In this document: piece after piece, positions 37,172 to 46,149 of the stretch
Layout: each line of letters starts with the position of its first letter
Numbering within the stretch: the first letter of the stretch is position 1
Notes under the pieces: model-generated
The model's database searches: none
Told to the model about the DNA's origin: nothing
Seen by the model: the letters and a program-made list of their open reading frames with translations, nothing else
Translations under genes and position numbers: made by a program
Assembly (NCBI GenBank): GCA_964424165.1
Contig: CAYRIB010000001.1
Location: 13,360 to 70,300, forward strand
DNA length: 56,941 nucleotides
Source: an uncultured Myxococcales bacterium
GTDB taxonomy: Bacteria > Myxococcota_A > UBA9042 > DTJE01
Direction of reading: 5' to 3'

Positions 37172-38437
37172 GTGGAGCCGGTTCGCCTTCGTATCGAGAG
37201 TCTGGTTCATCGGGGGCAGGGCTTGGCCCGGTTGGATGGGAAGGTGTGGATGGTCCCGTTCACGGTTCCCGGGGACGAGGTGGAGGCCATGGCCGTTCGC
37301 TCTCGACCATCGTTGGTCGAGGGGCGGATGACTCGCCTCGTGAGTTCGGGACCGAACCGGGTCGAGCCGCCTTGTCCGTGGTTTGGAAGGTGCGGTGGAT
37401 GTCACCTGCAGCACCTGGATTCGCGGGTGCAGGCCCATCACAAGGCCGCTGTCCTGATCGATACGTTTCGCCGCATCGCCCACCTGGACCTGACCGTTTC
37501 GCGGGTGATCACCGGAGATCCCTTCGGGTATCGGAGCCGCATCGAGTTGCATGCCGCGGCCGAGGGAGTCGGGTTCTTCGCCGGACAAAGCCACCGGATC
37601 GTGCCCATCGAAGCCTGCATGATTGCACAACCCATGCTGTCCGAGGCCATCGTGCCGTTGCGCTGTGCGATGCGCGAGACCGGGATGGGGCCGTTGTGCA
37701 CGGTGGAACTGGTGGCCGCGGGAAGCGGTGATATGGTGGCCGTGGGACGCTGCGCCACGAACCGGCCGGATCGCTTGCTGGCGGCGTTGATGGCGCTGCC
37801 AGGGGTCCGGGGAGCGGCGGCAGGGCGACCGGGCCAATGGCAGGAATGGGGGGACCTTGAGATCTCCTGGCCGACCCTGGCCGGCGTCGATCGGCCGGTC
37901 GAGGCCCGTTGCGATGCCCGGGGGTTTGCGCAGGCGAATGCCGGGCTCAATCGGGGTCTGGTCGCGGCCGCCATGGGCCTGGTGTGCCCGCAACCGGGAC
38001 AGAGGATCGTAGAACTTTACTGCGGTGCGGGTAATCTGACGCTGTCGCTGGCCGCCGGCGGCGCGGATGTGGTGGCCGTGGAGGTCGATGCTGGCGGAAT
38101 CGAAGCGGCCGAGGCCAACATGGCACGTCTGTTGCCGGGTCAGGCCGCCCGCCACGTGGCGGGAAACGTGCTGACCCTGCTTCCCAGGCTCGCCGCGCAG
38201 GGCCCGTGGGACGTGGTGGTGGCGGACCCGCCACGGACGGGACTGGGCCCGGCCCTTGACGGCGTGGTTGCTCTCGAGGCCGAGAGCGTGGTGATGGTGT
38301 CTTGCGATCCGGCCACGGCCGCTCGTGACGTGGCGGGTCTGGTCGCTGCGGGATACCGCGTTGGCGAGTGTGTGCTGGTGGATATGTTTCCGCAGACCTG
38401 GCACATGGAACTGGTGATTGGACTGAGTTGCGGATAG
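37172..38437 (+). CDS. TRAM-domain, Fe-S-containing SAM-dependent RNA (uracil-5)-methyltransferase (RlmD/TrmA family)
   Basis: TRAM-like N-terminus (GQGLARLDGKVWMVPFTVPGDEV). Cluster cysteines CPWFGRCGGCHLQH...C. SAM motif VELYCGAGNLTL. Catalytic region VVADPPRTG...VSCDPAT. GTG start with AGGAGG 5 nt upstream. Confidence 0.8.
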   Translation: MEPVRLRIESLVHRGQGLARLDGKVWMVPFTVPGDEVEAMAVRSRPSLVEGRMTRLVSSGPNRVEPPCPWFGRCGGCHLQHLDSRVQAHHKAAVLIDTFRRIAHLDLTVSRVITGDPFGYRSRIELHAAAEGVGFFAGQSHRIVPIEACMIAQPMLSEAIVPLRCAMRETGMGPLCTVELVAAGSGDMVAVGRCATNRPDRLLAALMALPGVRGAAAGRPGQWQEWGDLEISWPTLAGVDRPVEARCDARGFAQANAGLNRGLVAAAMGLVCPQPGQRIVELYCGAGNLTLSLAAGGADVVAVEVDAGGIEAAEANMARLLPGQAARHVAGNVLTLLPRLAAQGPWDVVVADPPRTGLGPALDGVVALEAESVVMVSCDPATAARDVAGLVAAGYRVGECVLVDMFPQTWHMELVIGLSCG

Positions 38438-38461
38438 GCCTGCATTTACATTGTCCGGCAA

Positions 38462-39364
38462 ATGTGGAGAATCGGGGCCGGCGCGGTTAGCGAGGAATGG
38501 CGCTTGAGAGCCGAAATCACCAAGGAATTCACGTTCGAGGCGGCTCATCACCTGCCCGGGGCCGGGGTGGGGCACAAGTGCTCCCACCTGCATGGTCACC
38601 TGTTCCGGGTCGAGGTCACGGTAGCCGGCGAAGTGGACCCCGCATTCGGGTGGATCATGGATTTCGGGGTCCTCGCCGCCCGGGGCCGAGAGCTCATGGC
38701 CGAACTCGACCATCGGGTGCTCAACGACCTTCCCGGGCTCGATTGCCCCACGTCCGAAAGGCTCGCCGAACTGCTGTACCGGCGATTCTGCGCGACCGTG
38801 CCCGGGGTCGTGGCCATCACGGTCCACGAAAGCCCGACCTCCCGTTGCACCTATCGACCCGACCCTCGTCCGCCGTGCGGACCCCACACGTTCGTGGTCG
38901 AGGGCGGCGAAGATGCCTCTTTTTGTGCGGCCCACTGTTTGCTGTATCCTCCGGAGGGGCGCGAGGAGATCCACGGTCACGACTATCTGGTCCGGGTGGC
39001 GGCAACCGTGTCGAACGGGGCCGACGCTTCGATCGAGGAGACCCTGCGAGCGGCATCGCGTAAGCTGGTGCGGAGCCTGGATCATCGGCTGCTGATGCCG
39101 GGACAACCCGTGATCGGGAGCATCCGTCAGGAACCGGACCGAGTGGTGCTGACCCTGCCGTCCGAGACCCTGAGCTTCCCGGCCAGGGACGTGGTCTTGA
39201 TGGACCTGTCCAACATTACGGCCGAACTGCTGGCGGGATGGATGGCCGTCCGCCTGCGCGAAGAGTTGACCACGGCCCTGCCCGGCCTGACGTCGCTGAC
39301 CGTCGGCATGCGCGAGGGACCCGAATCCTGGGCCTTCGTCACGGTGGGCATCGATGAACGCTGA
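38462..39364 (+). CDS. queD: Bimodular PTPS/QueD-fold protein (N-terminal 6-carboxy-tetrahydropterin synthase module plus a second divergent T-fold module)
   Basis: Module 1 (about 38510-38854): FTFEAAHHLPG..GHKCSHLHGHLFRVEV, GWIMDF, LDHRVLND and CPTSERLA match QueD, including C-x3-HGH. Module 2 (about 38885-39355): FCAAHCL...EEIHGHDYLVRV...LDHRLL...NITAELLA keeps the three His positions but not the Cys at -4 of HGH. An alternative TTG start at 38504 is possible. Confidence 0.75.
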   Translation: MWRIGAGAVSEEWRLRAEITKEFTFEAAHHLPGAGVGHKCSHLHGHLFRVEVTVAGEVDPAFGWIMDFGVLAARGRELMAELDHRVLNDLPGLDCPTSERLAELLYRRFCATVPGVVAITVHESPTSRCTYRPDPRPPCGPHTFVVEGGEDASFCAAHCLLYPPEGREEIHGHDYLVRVAATVSNGADASIEETLRAASRKLVRSLDHRLLMPGQPVIGSIRQEPDRVVLTLPSETLSFPARDVVLMDLSNITAELLAGWMAVRLREELTTALPGLTSLTVGMREGPESWAFVTVGIDER

Positions 39365-40400
39365 GACCGACACACGACCAGACCTCGTGGGCATGCTGCC
39401 CGCGGAAATCAACACCCTGGTGGCGCCCTGCCAAGAACCTCCGTTTCGGGGAGGCCAGGTCTTCGGCTGGGTGCAGGCCCGGCGGGTCAGCGACCCTTCG
39501 GCCATGACGAACCTTCCAGCGACCTTGCGCACATGGCTGGCCGACCACGCTCGAATCACCCATCTGACGCCGGTTCGCAGCTTCGATTCGATCGATGGCA
39601 GTCGAAAGCTATTGTTCGAGGTGAGTGGTGGGACGTTCTCGTGCGTTCTCATGCCCACGGCCGATCGAGTCACTTTGTGCGTGTCCACCCAGATCGGATG
39701 CCGGATGGGTTGTGCGTTCTGCTTGACCGGGCAGGGCAAGTTCGCGCGGGGGTTGTCGGGGGCGGAGATCGTGGGGCAGGTGATTGCCGCGAACCGTCTG
39801 CTCGAGGCCGAAGGCCAACACGTGAGCAACGTGGTGCTCATGGGCATGGGGGAACCGCTCGACAATCTGGCTTCGGTCATCCAAGCGGTGCGGATCATCA
39901 CGCATCGCGAGGGGCTCCGCGTGGCGCCTCGACGCACCACCCTGTCGACCGTGGGCCTGGTGCCCCAGTTGCGGGAATTCGTCACGGCGCAGACCGGGGC
40001 GAGCATCGCGATCTCGCTGTGTGCGACCACGGATGCGGCGCGCAATCGCGTGGTCCCGGTCGGCCAACGCTACCCGCTCAAGGAACTGTTCGAGACCCTG
40101 CGCAGCCTGCCGCTGCCACACGGTCACCGCTACACCATCGAGTATCAACTGATCGCGGGGATCGGGGATGGAATCGAGGACGCAAAGCGTCTGTCTGCAG
40201 CCATGGCCCTCTTTCCCTCCAAGGTCAACCTGATCCCATTCAATCCCTGGTCGGGCTGTGCGTATCGCCGACCGTCCGAAGAAACCGTCGAGACCTTTCG
40301 TGCCTTTCTGGAATCGCGCCATCACATCGTGACCGTGCGACAGAGCCGTGGCCAGGACATCGGCGCAGCCTGCGGCCAACTCGATGTTCCCGGGCTCTAG
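39354..40400 (+). CDS. rlmN: Radical-SAM 23S rRNA/tRNA (adenine-C2)-methyltransferase
   Basis: FRGGQVFGWV N-domain. Radical SAM CVSTQIGCRMGCAFCLTGQ. MGMGEPLDN. C-terminal RGQDIGAACGQL with the conserved Cys. 11-nt overlap with the queD-like gene. Confidence 0.9.
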   Translation: MNAETDTRPDLVGMLPAEINTLVAPCQEPPFRGGQVFGWVQARRVSDPSAMTNLPATLRTWLADHARITHLTPVRSFDSIDGSRKLLFEVSGGTFSCVLMPTADRVTLCVSTQIGCRMGCAFCLTGQGKFARGLSGAEIVGQVIAANRLLEAEGQHVSNVVLMGMGEPLDNLASVIQAVRIITHREGLRVAPRRTTLSTVGLVPQLREFVTAQTGASIAISLCATTDAARNRVVPVGQRYPLKELFETLRSLPLPHGHRYTIEYQLIAGIGDGIEDAKRLSAAMALFPSKVNLIPFNPWSGCAYRRPSEETVETFRAFLESRHHIVTVRQSRGQDIGAACGQLDVPGL

Positions 40401-40414
40401 GCAAGGAGAATCGC

Positions 40415-41539
40415 ATGCAGAATCAGGCTCGACGGATCGAATGGGCCGTGTGGATGGCCCTGGCCTTTGTCGCCTGCTCCGGGGGGGCGGACAATATCCT
40501 GCCAGCAGCGGACGTTTCCGACCACGGGGCAGGCTGGGATACCCTTGCCCAAGTTGATACCACCGCGCCTTCTGCGGATGTCGCCACTGGTACGATCGTC
40601 TTTCCCGAAGGGCCTGTGGCCATGCTCAACAATCGGGACATCCTGCCCATCCTGATCAAAGCCGTGGCCGAGGCCAAGCAGGAGGTCACGTTGGCACATC
40701 TGGAGTTCTTGACCGGCAACGGTCCGAACCAGGTGGCGGCGCAACTCGCGGCCGCCGCGGCCCGGGGCGTGAACGTACGGGTGATCCTCGACCAGGATGT
40801 CGACGAAAACCCGGCTGCGGTGGCCACGTTCAATGCACAAGGTATCCGGGCGCGTCTGGGCGGGTCCGAGCGAACCCTGCACGTCAAGCTCGTGGTCGTG
40901 GACCGCACCATGGTCCTGGTGGGTTCCACCAATTTCTCGACGTCTTCGTTGCTGTACAACAACGAGACCAACTGGTACTTCAACGACCCTGCGCTCGGCG
41001 ATGCGTTCGCCGACTACGCGGAAGGGCTGTTCGCCGGCGACACGGGGCTGCGCACGATGGTGGCCGGGCCCTTCGCCAACGTGACGCCCATCGGCGACGG
41101 ACAATACGAGCAGCGGGTCTTGCCGGTGATCGCAGCGGCCGAGGATCGCCTGCTGCTGGTCATGTACGACCTGGACTACGATACCTCGTCGGGCAGCGAT
41201 GCCGGAAACCTGGCGCGGGCCGTGATCAAGGCACATCAGCGGGGCGTGGATGTACGGGTCATCCTGGAAATGAGCGGGTGGGACGACACCTTGAACGCGC
41301 ACAATCAGGCGGCCCGAACGCTGTTCGCGAGCGCCGGGGTCCCGGTGCGACGCGACTCGGCCAATGTCACGACCCACGCCAAGCTCTTGGTGGCCGATGA
41401 CACGGTGGTCATCTATTCGGGGAACTGGGTGTACACCGGCATGCAGCGTAATCACGAGGCCGGGGCCATGCATTCGAACAAGGTGATCGCCGATTCGGCC
41501 GAGGCCTATTTCAACACCATCTGGGCCGCGTCGAACTGA
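40415..41539 (+). CDS. Phospholipase D-superfamily (two HKD motifs) lipoprotein
   Basis: AAGGAG lies 6 nt upstream of ATG 40415. Lipobox WMALAFVAC-SGG. HKD motifs LHVKLVVVDRTMVLVGSTNFS and THAKLLVADDTVVIYSGNWV. The upstream part of track ORF 39533..41539 is an alternate frame of rlmN. Confidence 0.85.
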   Translation: MQNQARRIEWAVWMALAFVACSGGADNILPAADVSDHGAGWDTLAQVDTTAPSADVATGTIVFPEGPVAMLNNRDILPILIKAVAEAKQEVTLAHLEFLTGNGPNQVAAQLAAAAARGVNVRVILDQDVDENPAAVATFNAQGIRARLGGSERTLHVKLVVVDRTMVLVGSTNFSTSSLLYNNETNWYFNDPALGDAFADYAEGLFAGDTGLRTMVAGPFANVTPIGDGQYEQRVLPVIAAAEDRLLLVMYDLDYDTSSGSDAGNLARAVIKAHQRGVDVRVILEMSGWDDTLNAHNQAARTLFASAGVPVRRDSANVTTHAKLLVADDTVVIYSGNWVYTGMQRNHEAGAMHSNKVIADSAEAYFNTIWAASN

Positions 41540-41547
41540 CTTTCTTC

Positions 41548-43164
41548 TTACATCCTCACGAATACCGTGCTGTCCGGGCCCGGCTCGCAAAACAGCCGGA
41601 AACCCGCGGCCTTCGGGTCTTGCAGGAAACGTTCGAGCGTTTCATCACCATGGTTCGTGAAGTAGCGCCGAAGCTCCGCATCGAGCAGGATGACCTGAGC
41701 ACCCGTGCTGCACGAGGCGAACGTCTTGCACTGCCAGACCGCCCGCGGTTTTCCCTGCCAGCGGGCATAGGTGGATGTGTCGAAGTGGTATTCGAAGACC
41801 ACGCGGCGGTCCGTTGTCGGCGCAGGCAGGGTTTGCAGGCACTGCGCCATGGCCAGATTGGGAGGCACGGGTTCGGATGCCCGTGTCCACGACCTGGTCC
41901 ACCAGGGGGTCAGAATCCCTTCTCCGGGCATGATCAGGATGAGCGCCACGGCCACGATGACCATGGTCAAAGGCCGGCCGGGATGTTTGCCGGCCAATCC
42001 CATACCTGCCAGGGTCAGCAAGGGCAAGATGGAAGCCATCAGATAGTGAGGGCGCGGATAAATGATCAGGGAAACCAGGAGTGTGGTCCCCAGCACGCAG
42101 GCAGTCAGCCACATCAGTGCCACGATGCGTTCCGATGGCACGACGACCCTTTTCCGGGATCGAACGACACGCCACCACCCGGTGATTAGCAGGCCAGCAA
42201 ACAGGCCGGCCAGTACCATGGCGAGGGTGGGCTGGCCCTCGAGGTCCGGCGACCATTGGCGAACCGCCTGCGTGGCCGTGTTGCGCACGTTGCGGCCCAC
42301 GTGCCACCCGAATTCTTCGGGATTGTTTTTTGCCGCGCTCCACGGCGAGTCGGCCGACCCGAAGGCCTGCCTGGTCAGCAGGGACCAATCTTTCCAGGGA
42401 TCGACATCCGGGCGGCGGGTCTCGTGAACGTTGATGGCATAGTGCTGGCCGAATGCAATGAGTGGACGGTATCCCTTCAGAGGGTTGCCAAGGCCCACCA
42501 ACAGAAGGCCGAACAGCAGAATCGGCAGAACTGACAAAAAGAGCGTTTCTTGCCATCGTTCGCGCTGTCGCATGGCCAGATACACGGTGGCCAGCAGGAT
42601 TGCCAGAGCCGTGGCCAGGCTTTCGGGCCGGACAAAGGCGGACAACACGAACCAGCAGGCCGCGACGCAAAGCCCCCGGGCCGGTCGGATGGCGCGCAGC
42701 ACGCCCAGGACCGCGAATCCGGCGAAGACCATGCTGAACGACGTCACCGATGGGGGAATATTGTGCACATCCATGAACGCGAACCAGGCCAAGATCAGGA
42801 TGATCGGGATCCGCTGCATTCCGACGGCTCTGAGGATGAGCCGTACGAGGGCAAGATTGGTTGCAAGCAGCAGCGACCAGTTGAAATAGTAGAGACGAAT
42901 GGGGTCTGGCACGATCTTGGACCACAGGCCATACCAGAAGGCATACAAGGGGGCCCAGTCGGCCGGCGGCATACGCTCGAAGGCGTGGAGCCCATGGTGC
43001 AGATAGAGGGTCTCGTCGTACAGATGGAGGTCTTCGTGGTAGGCGCGAAACCAGCTTCGGGCAACGACGAGCGCCAGGATGAAGATCGCGAAGAACAGAT
43101 CCTCTGTGGCTTGATGGCGCAACCGACCCGGCAATGGGGCGGATGTAACTGACGGTGGTTCCAA
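41548..43164 (-). CDS. Polytopic membrane protein, possible GT-C-fold glycosyltransferase, with a soluble C-terminal domain
   Basis: About 11 predicted TM helices. The first loop after TM1 carries HLYDETLYLHHG, reminiscent of the DE..Y loop-1 motif of ArnT/PMT-type GT-C enzymes. About 120 aa soluble tail. TTG start 3 nt after the lpdA stop. The function call is weak. Confidence 0.5.
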   Translation of the reverse strand: MEPPSVTSAPLPGRLRHQATEDLFFAIFILALVVARSWFRAYHEDLHLYDETLYLHHGLHAFERMPPADWAPLYAFWYGLWSKIVPDPIRLYYFNWSLLLATNLALVRLILRAVGMQRIPIILILAWFAFMDVHNIPPSVTSFSMVFAGFAVLGVLRAIRPARGLCVAACWFVLSAFVRPESLATALAILLATVYLAMRQRERWQETLFLSVLPILLFGLLLVGLGNPLKGYRPLIAFGQHYAINVHETRRPDVDPWKDWSLLTRQAFGSADSPWSAAKNNPEEFGWHVGRNVRNTATQAVRQWSPDLEGQPTLAMVLAGLFAGLLITGWWRVVRSRKRVVVPSERIVALMWLTACVLGTTLLVSLIIYPRPHYLMASILPLLTLAGMGLAGKHPGRPLTMVIVAVALILIMPGEGILTPWWTRSWTRASEPVPPNLAMAQCLQTLPAPTTDRRVVFEYHFDTSTYARWQGKPRAVWQCKTFASCSTGAQVILLDAELRRYFTNHGDETLERFLQDPKAAGFRLFCEPGPDSTVFVRM

Positions 43165-43167
43165 CGC

Positions 43168-44580
43168 TCAGGGCCCCCGGGTGTGGATGGCATGTCCGAG
43201 GGCAGCCCGGCAGGCCTCCTGGAAGGCTTCCGAATAGGTCGGATGCGAATGGATTACGCGCCCGATCGTCTCGGCCGTGACTTGCGTTTCGATCGCCAGG
43301 GTTGCCTCGGCAATCATTTCGCCGGCCGCGTGGCCCGCTATCCCAACACCGAGCAGGACGTGGGAAGCCGGGTCGATCAGGACCTTGACGTGACCGATGG
43401 CCGCGTCGTCGGCTACAGCCCGGCCCAGGGCCGCGAACGGGAAGCGGCCCTTGAGCACCGGTTGCATGCGCTCTTTGGCCGCGTTCTCGGTCAGGCCCAC
43501 GAAGGCCACCTCGGGGTCGGTGAAGGCCACTCCTGGAATCACCCGGGCCGTCAGGCTCGATGCTTGGCCCGCCATGGCCTCGGCCGCGATTTCGGCCTCG
43601 GCATGGGCCTTGTGTGCCAGCAAGGGAGGCCCGGCCAGATCACCGGCCGCAAAGATGCCGGGTACACGCGTGGACATGCGGTCGTCGATGTCCAAGAACC
43701 CGCGCGGATTCGGAATCAGGCCCACGGTGTCGAGTCCGATGTCCGTGCTCGAGGGACGTCGTCCGATCGACACCAGGACCTTGTCGGCCGCCACTACCTC
43801 GTCGCGGCCCCGTCGCTGCAGCCCCAGACGAAGTTCCTGGTCGACCCGTTCGACGGCAACCACCCGGGTGTCGGTCAAGATGGTTACTCCCATGCGCTTG
43901 AGGCTTGTGGCCACGACCAGCACGAGGTCGCGGTCCGTGCCAGGCATGAGTTGGTCCTGCAGTTCGACCACGGTCACGGCCGAACCCAGGCGAGCATACA
44001 GGGTGGCGAGTTCCAGGCCGATGTAGCCGCCTCCAATCACGCACAAGCGGGCAGGCACGCACGGCAGGTCGAGCGCATGCGACGACGACCAGACGTCTAT
44101 CCCGTCGGTTGGGAGCAGGGGCAGATCGATGGGCGATGAGCCCGTGGCCAACAGCACGGATTCCGCCCCGATCAGGGTGGTCTGCCCGGCCTGCTCGATG
44201 GCCACTCGGCCGCGCCCGGCAAGACGGCCCCGTCCCGGCAACACCGTGACCCGGCCGGCCTTGAGCAGGGACCCGATGCCTTCGGTGAGGCGCTGCACCA
44301 CCCCGTTTTTGTAGGTACGAAGCGCATCCGGAACCGCTTCGATCGCTCCGGTCGTAAGGCCTGTTTCCACCAGCGAGCGGGCATGTGCCACGGTTTTCGA
44401 GATGCCAAGCAAGGCCTTGGAGGGGATGCATCCCTCGCGAAGGCAGGTTCCACCAAGTCCACCCTCGTCGACGAGGGCGGTCAAAACGCCGAGTTGCCCC
44501 AGGCGGATGGCCGCCACATAGCCTGCGGGGCCGCCGCCAATCACCACGGCCTTGAAGGATTGTTGAATCGTTTCGCTCAT
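43168..44580 (-). CDS. lpdA: Dihydrolipoyl dehydrogenase (E3)
   Basis: AVVIGGGPAGYVAA. Redox-active disulfide GGTCLREGCIPSKALL. Second Rossmann motif VIGGGYIGLE. C-terminal HSHPTYSE dimer-interface motif. ATG 44580..44578. The track ORF's upstream extension was rejected. Confidence 0.9.
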   Translation of the reverse strand: MSETIQQSFKAVVIGGGPAGYVAAIRLGQLGVLTALVDEGGLGGTCLREGCIPSKALLGISKTVAHARSLVETGLTTGAIEAVPDALRTYKNGVVQRLTEGIGSLLKAGRVTVLPGRGRLAGRGRVAIEQAGQTTLIGAESVLLATGSSPIDLPLLPTDGIDVWSSSHALDLPCVPARLCVIGGGYIGLELATLYARLGSAVTVVELQDQLMPGTDRDLVLVVATSLKRMGVTILTDTRVVAVERVDQELRLGLQRRGRDEVVAADKVLVSIGRRPSSTDIGLDTVGLIPNPRGFLDIDDRMSTRVPGIFAAGDLAGPPLLAHKAHAEAEIAAEAMAGQASSLTARVIPGVAFTDPEVAFVGLTENAAKERMQPVLKGRFPFAALGRAVADDAAIGHVKVLIDPASHVLLGVGIAGHAAGEMIAEATLAIETQVTAETIGRVIHSHPTYSEAFQEACRAALGHAIHTRGP

Positions 44581-44622
44581 GATGCCACGACCTCCTGTTG
44601 CGTTCAGGCCGCCCCGATTGTC

Positions 44623-44651
44623 TTGCAGATGCCACCGCGTGGCAATATACT
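44623..44651 (+). promoter_or_regulatory. Candidate sigma-70 promoter with an embedded palindrome, upstream of the 44700 lipoprotein gene
   Basis: TTGCAG (44623-44628), 17-nt spacer, TATACT (44646-44651), 48 nt upstream of the ATG. The spacer contains the inverted repeat TGCCAC-CGC-GTGGCA (44630-44644). Confidence 0.35.
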
Positions 44652-44699
44652 GACGTTTCGAACCGGGCCTCATGATGACTCGAACGGCTGGGAGACAAC

Positions 44700-45500
44700 A
44701 TGCTTTCGCAACGATGGTGGCTTTTGGCAATGCCCGCACTCTTTCTGGCCTGCGGCGGGGGCGACGGCGGGAATACGACCGCGGATGTGGTGGTCACGGA
44801 AACGGTGCAGGACACGGCCGAGGCCGACGCAACGCCGTGCACCCTGACCGCGGACATCAGTGACTGGTACTATCACATCGAGCACCTCCGTGTGTTCGAG
44901 CCCGCAGGTGAGGACGGGGTGCTGGCGGAAACGCTGACGAGTTTGTGGAATACCCAGATCAGCAAGGATCAGTTGATCATCCTGTTCCACGTGACGCGAT
45001 TCGACGCCGACGCCGGTGAACTCTGGTTTGAAGTGGGCAGTGCGGTCAAACACCCGAACGGCAACTATCAGATGGTGGCAAATCCGCCTCCGGAAGTGGT
45101 CAAGACCACGCTCGATGGGTGTCGCCTGCTCAGTTCGGAGGACGGGATCCTGAAGGTGTATCCGGACCTGGTCACGGTCCCCATCCCGGTGGTGCAGTTG
45201 CGGGTGGATGCAAACCTGACCGCGGACGGGACAGGCATCCTGGAGGGCGGCACATTGACCGGGGGCATCTGCACGACCGACGCGAAGGTCACGAACTTCA
45301 AACTGTTCGAGACGCAGTCGGGATGCACCAACTTCTACAACTTCATCTCGGACGTGGGCCTGAGCCCGGAAGCGACGGGCTTGTCCTGCGCCCTGGGTGG
45401 TTCGGACGGCTATGCCTTCGTGGGCTCGTTCGATGCCCGTCGCATCACCAACGTGGAAACCGGGACCATCACGGTCGAACGTACCTTCTCGTGCGACTGA
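44700..45500 (+). CDS. Lipoprotein of unknown function
   Basis: GGGAGA lies upstream of ATG 44700. Lipobox WWLLAMPALFLAC-GGGDGG. Balanced composition, eight Cys. No motif recognised. Confidence 0.6.
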   Translation: MLSQRWWLLAMPALFLACGGGDGGNTTADVVVTETVQDTAEADATPCTLTADISDWYYHIEHLRVFEPAGEDGVLAETLTSLWNTQISKDQLIILFHVTRFDADAGELWFEVGSAVKHPNGNYQMVANPPPEVVKTTLDGCRLLSSEDGILKVYPDLVTVPIPVVQLRVDANLTADGTGILEGGTLTGGICTTDAKVTNFKLFETQSGCTNFYNFISDVGLSPEATGLSCALGGSDGYAFVGSFDARRITNVETGTITVERTFSCD

Positions 45501-45504
45501 TCTC

Positions 45505-46149
45505 ATGGACGTCGTATTCGCGACTCTGAACGCGGGCAAGGTGCAGGAGGTTTCGGCCCTGCTCGCGCCGGTGCGGGTACGCCTGCTCGGGCCCCGGGAC
45601 GTAGGAATCCATCAACTTCCCGAAGAAACCGGACAAACTTTCCTCGACAATGCGGTGCTCAAGGCCGCGGCCCTGTATCGTCACAGCGGTCTGGCGTCGG
45701 TGGCCGACGATTCGGGTCTCGAGGTGGCGGCACTCGGGCAAGCTCCGGGGGTCCGTTCCGCACGGTTTTCGGGGCACGAGCACGATGACGCGGCCAACAT
45801 CCGCACCCTGTTGCAGGCGTTGCGAGGCGTGACGGATCGGTCGGCACGCTTCGTGTGCACCGTGGCCTTCGTGTTCGATCCGGGGCGGTTGCAGGAAGCC
45901 GGGACCCATGCCCATCCATGGTTGCCCGAAGAGGCCGCTTTGTGGGTGTTCACTGGGGCGGTGGCCGGCCGGATCATCGATGATCCGCGCGGCAGCAATG
46001 GCTTTGGCTACGACCCGGTGTTCTTTCGGGATGACCTTGGCCGCACGTTTGCAGAACTCGCTCAGGACGAAAAGAACGCCCTGTCGCATCGGGGACAGGC
46101 CTTCCGGGCCCTGCGTGACCGTCTGGCGAAACTGCACGGTCCGGGTTAG
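45505..46149 (+). CDS. rdgB: dITP/XTP pyrophosphatase (Ham1/RdgB family)
   Basis: VFATLNAGKVQE, VADDSGLEVAALGQAPGVRSARF, GSNGFGYDPVF and KNALSHRGQA blocks. ATG 45505. Its stop overlaps the stop of the convergent giant gene. Confidence 0.9.
   Translation: MDVVFATLNAGKVQEVSALLAPVRVRLLGPRDVGIHQLPEETGQTFLDNAVLKAAALYRHSGLASVADDSGLEVAALGQAPGVRSARFSGHEHDDAANIRTLLQALRGVTDRSARFVCTVAFVFDPGRLQEAGTHAHPWLPEEAALWVFTGAVAGRIIDDPRGSNGFGYDPVFFRDDLGRTFAELAQDEKNALSHRGQAFRALRDRLAKLHGPG

Noticed and set aside
37073-40045. Upstream ~990 codons of the 1062-aa minus-strand ORF 36857..40045
   Set aside because: It is antisense to the RlmD-like, queD-like and rlmN genes. Only the terminal 72 codons (the FmdB zinc ribbon, with its own ATG at 37072) are credible.
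39533-40414. N-terminal part of the 668-aa plus-strand ORF 39533..41539
   Set aside because: It is an alternate frame of rlmN. The real PLD gene starts at ATG 40415, with AAGGAG and a lipoprotein signal.
43640-44857. 405-aa minus-strand ORF, and the 523-aa extension of lpdA to 44739
   Set aside because: The first is an alternate frame of lpdA. For the second, the FAD-binding GGGPAG fold begins about 10 aa after ATG 44580, as in other E3 enzymes.
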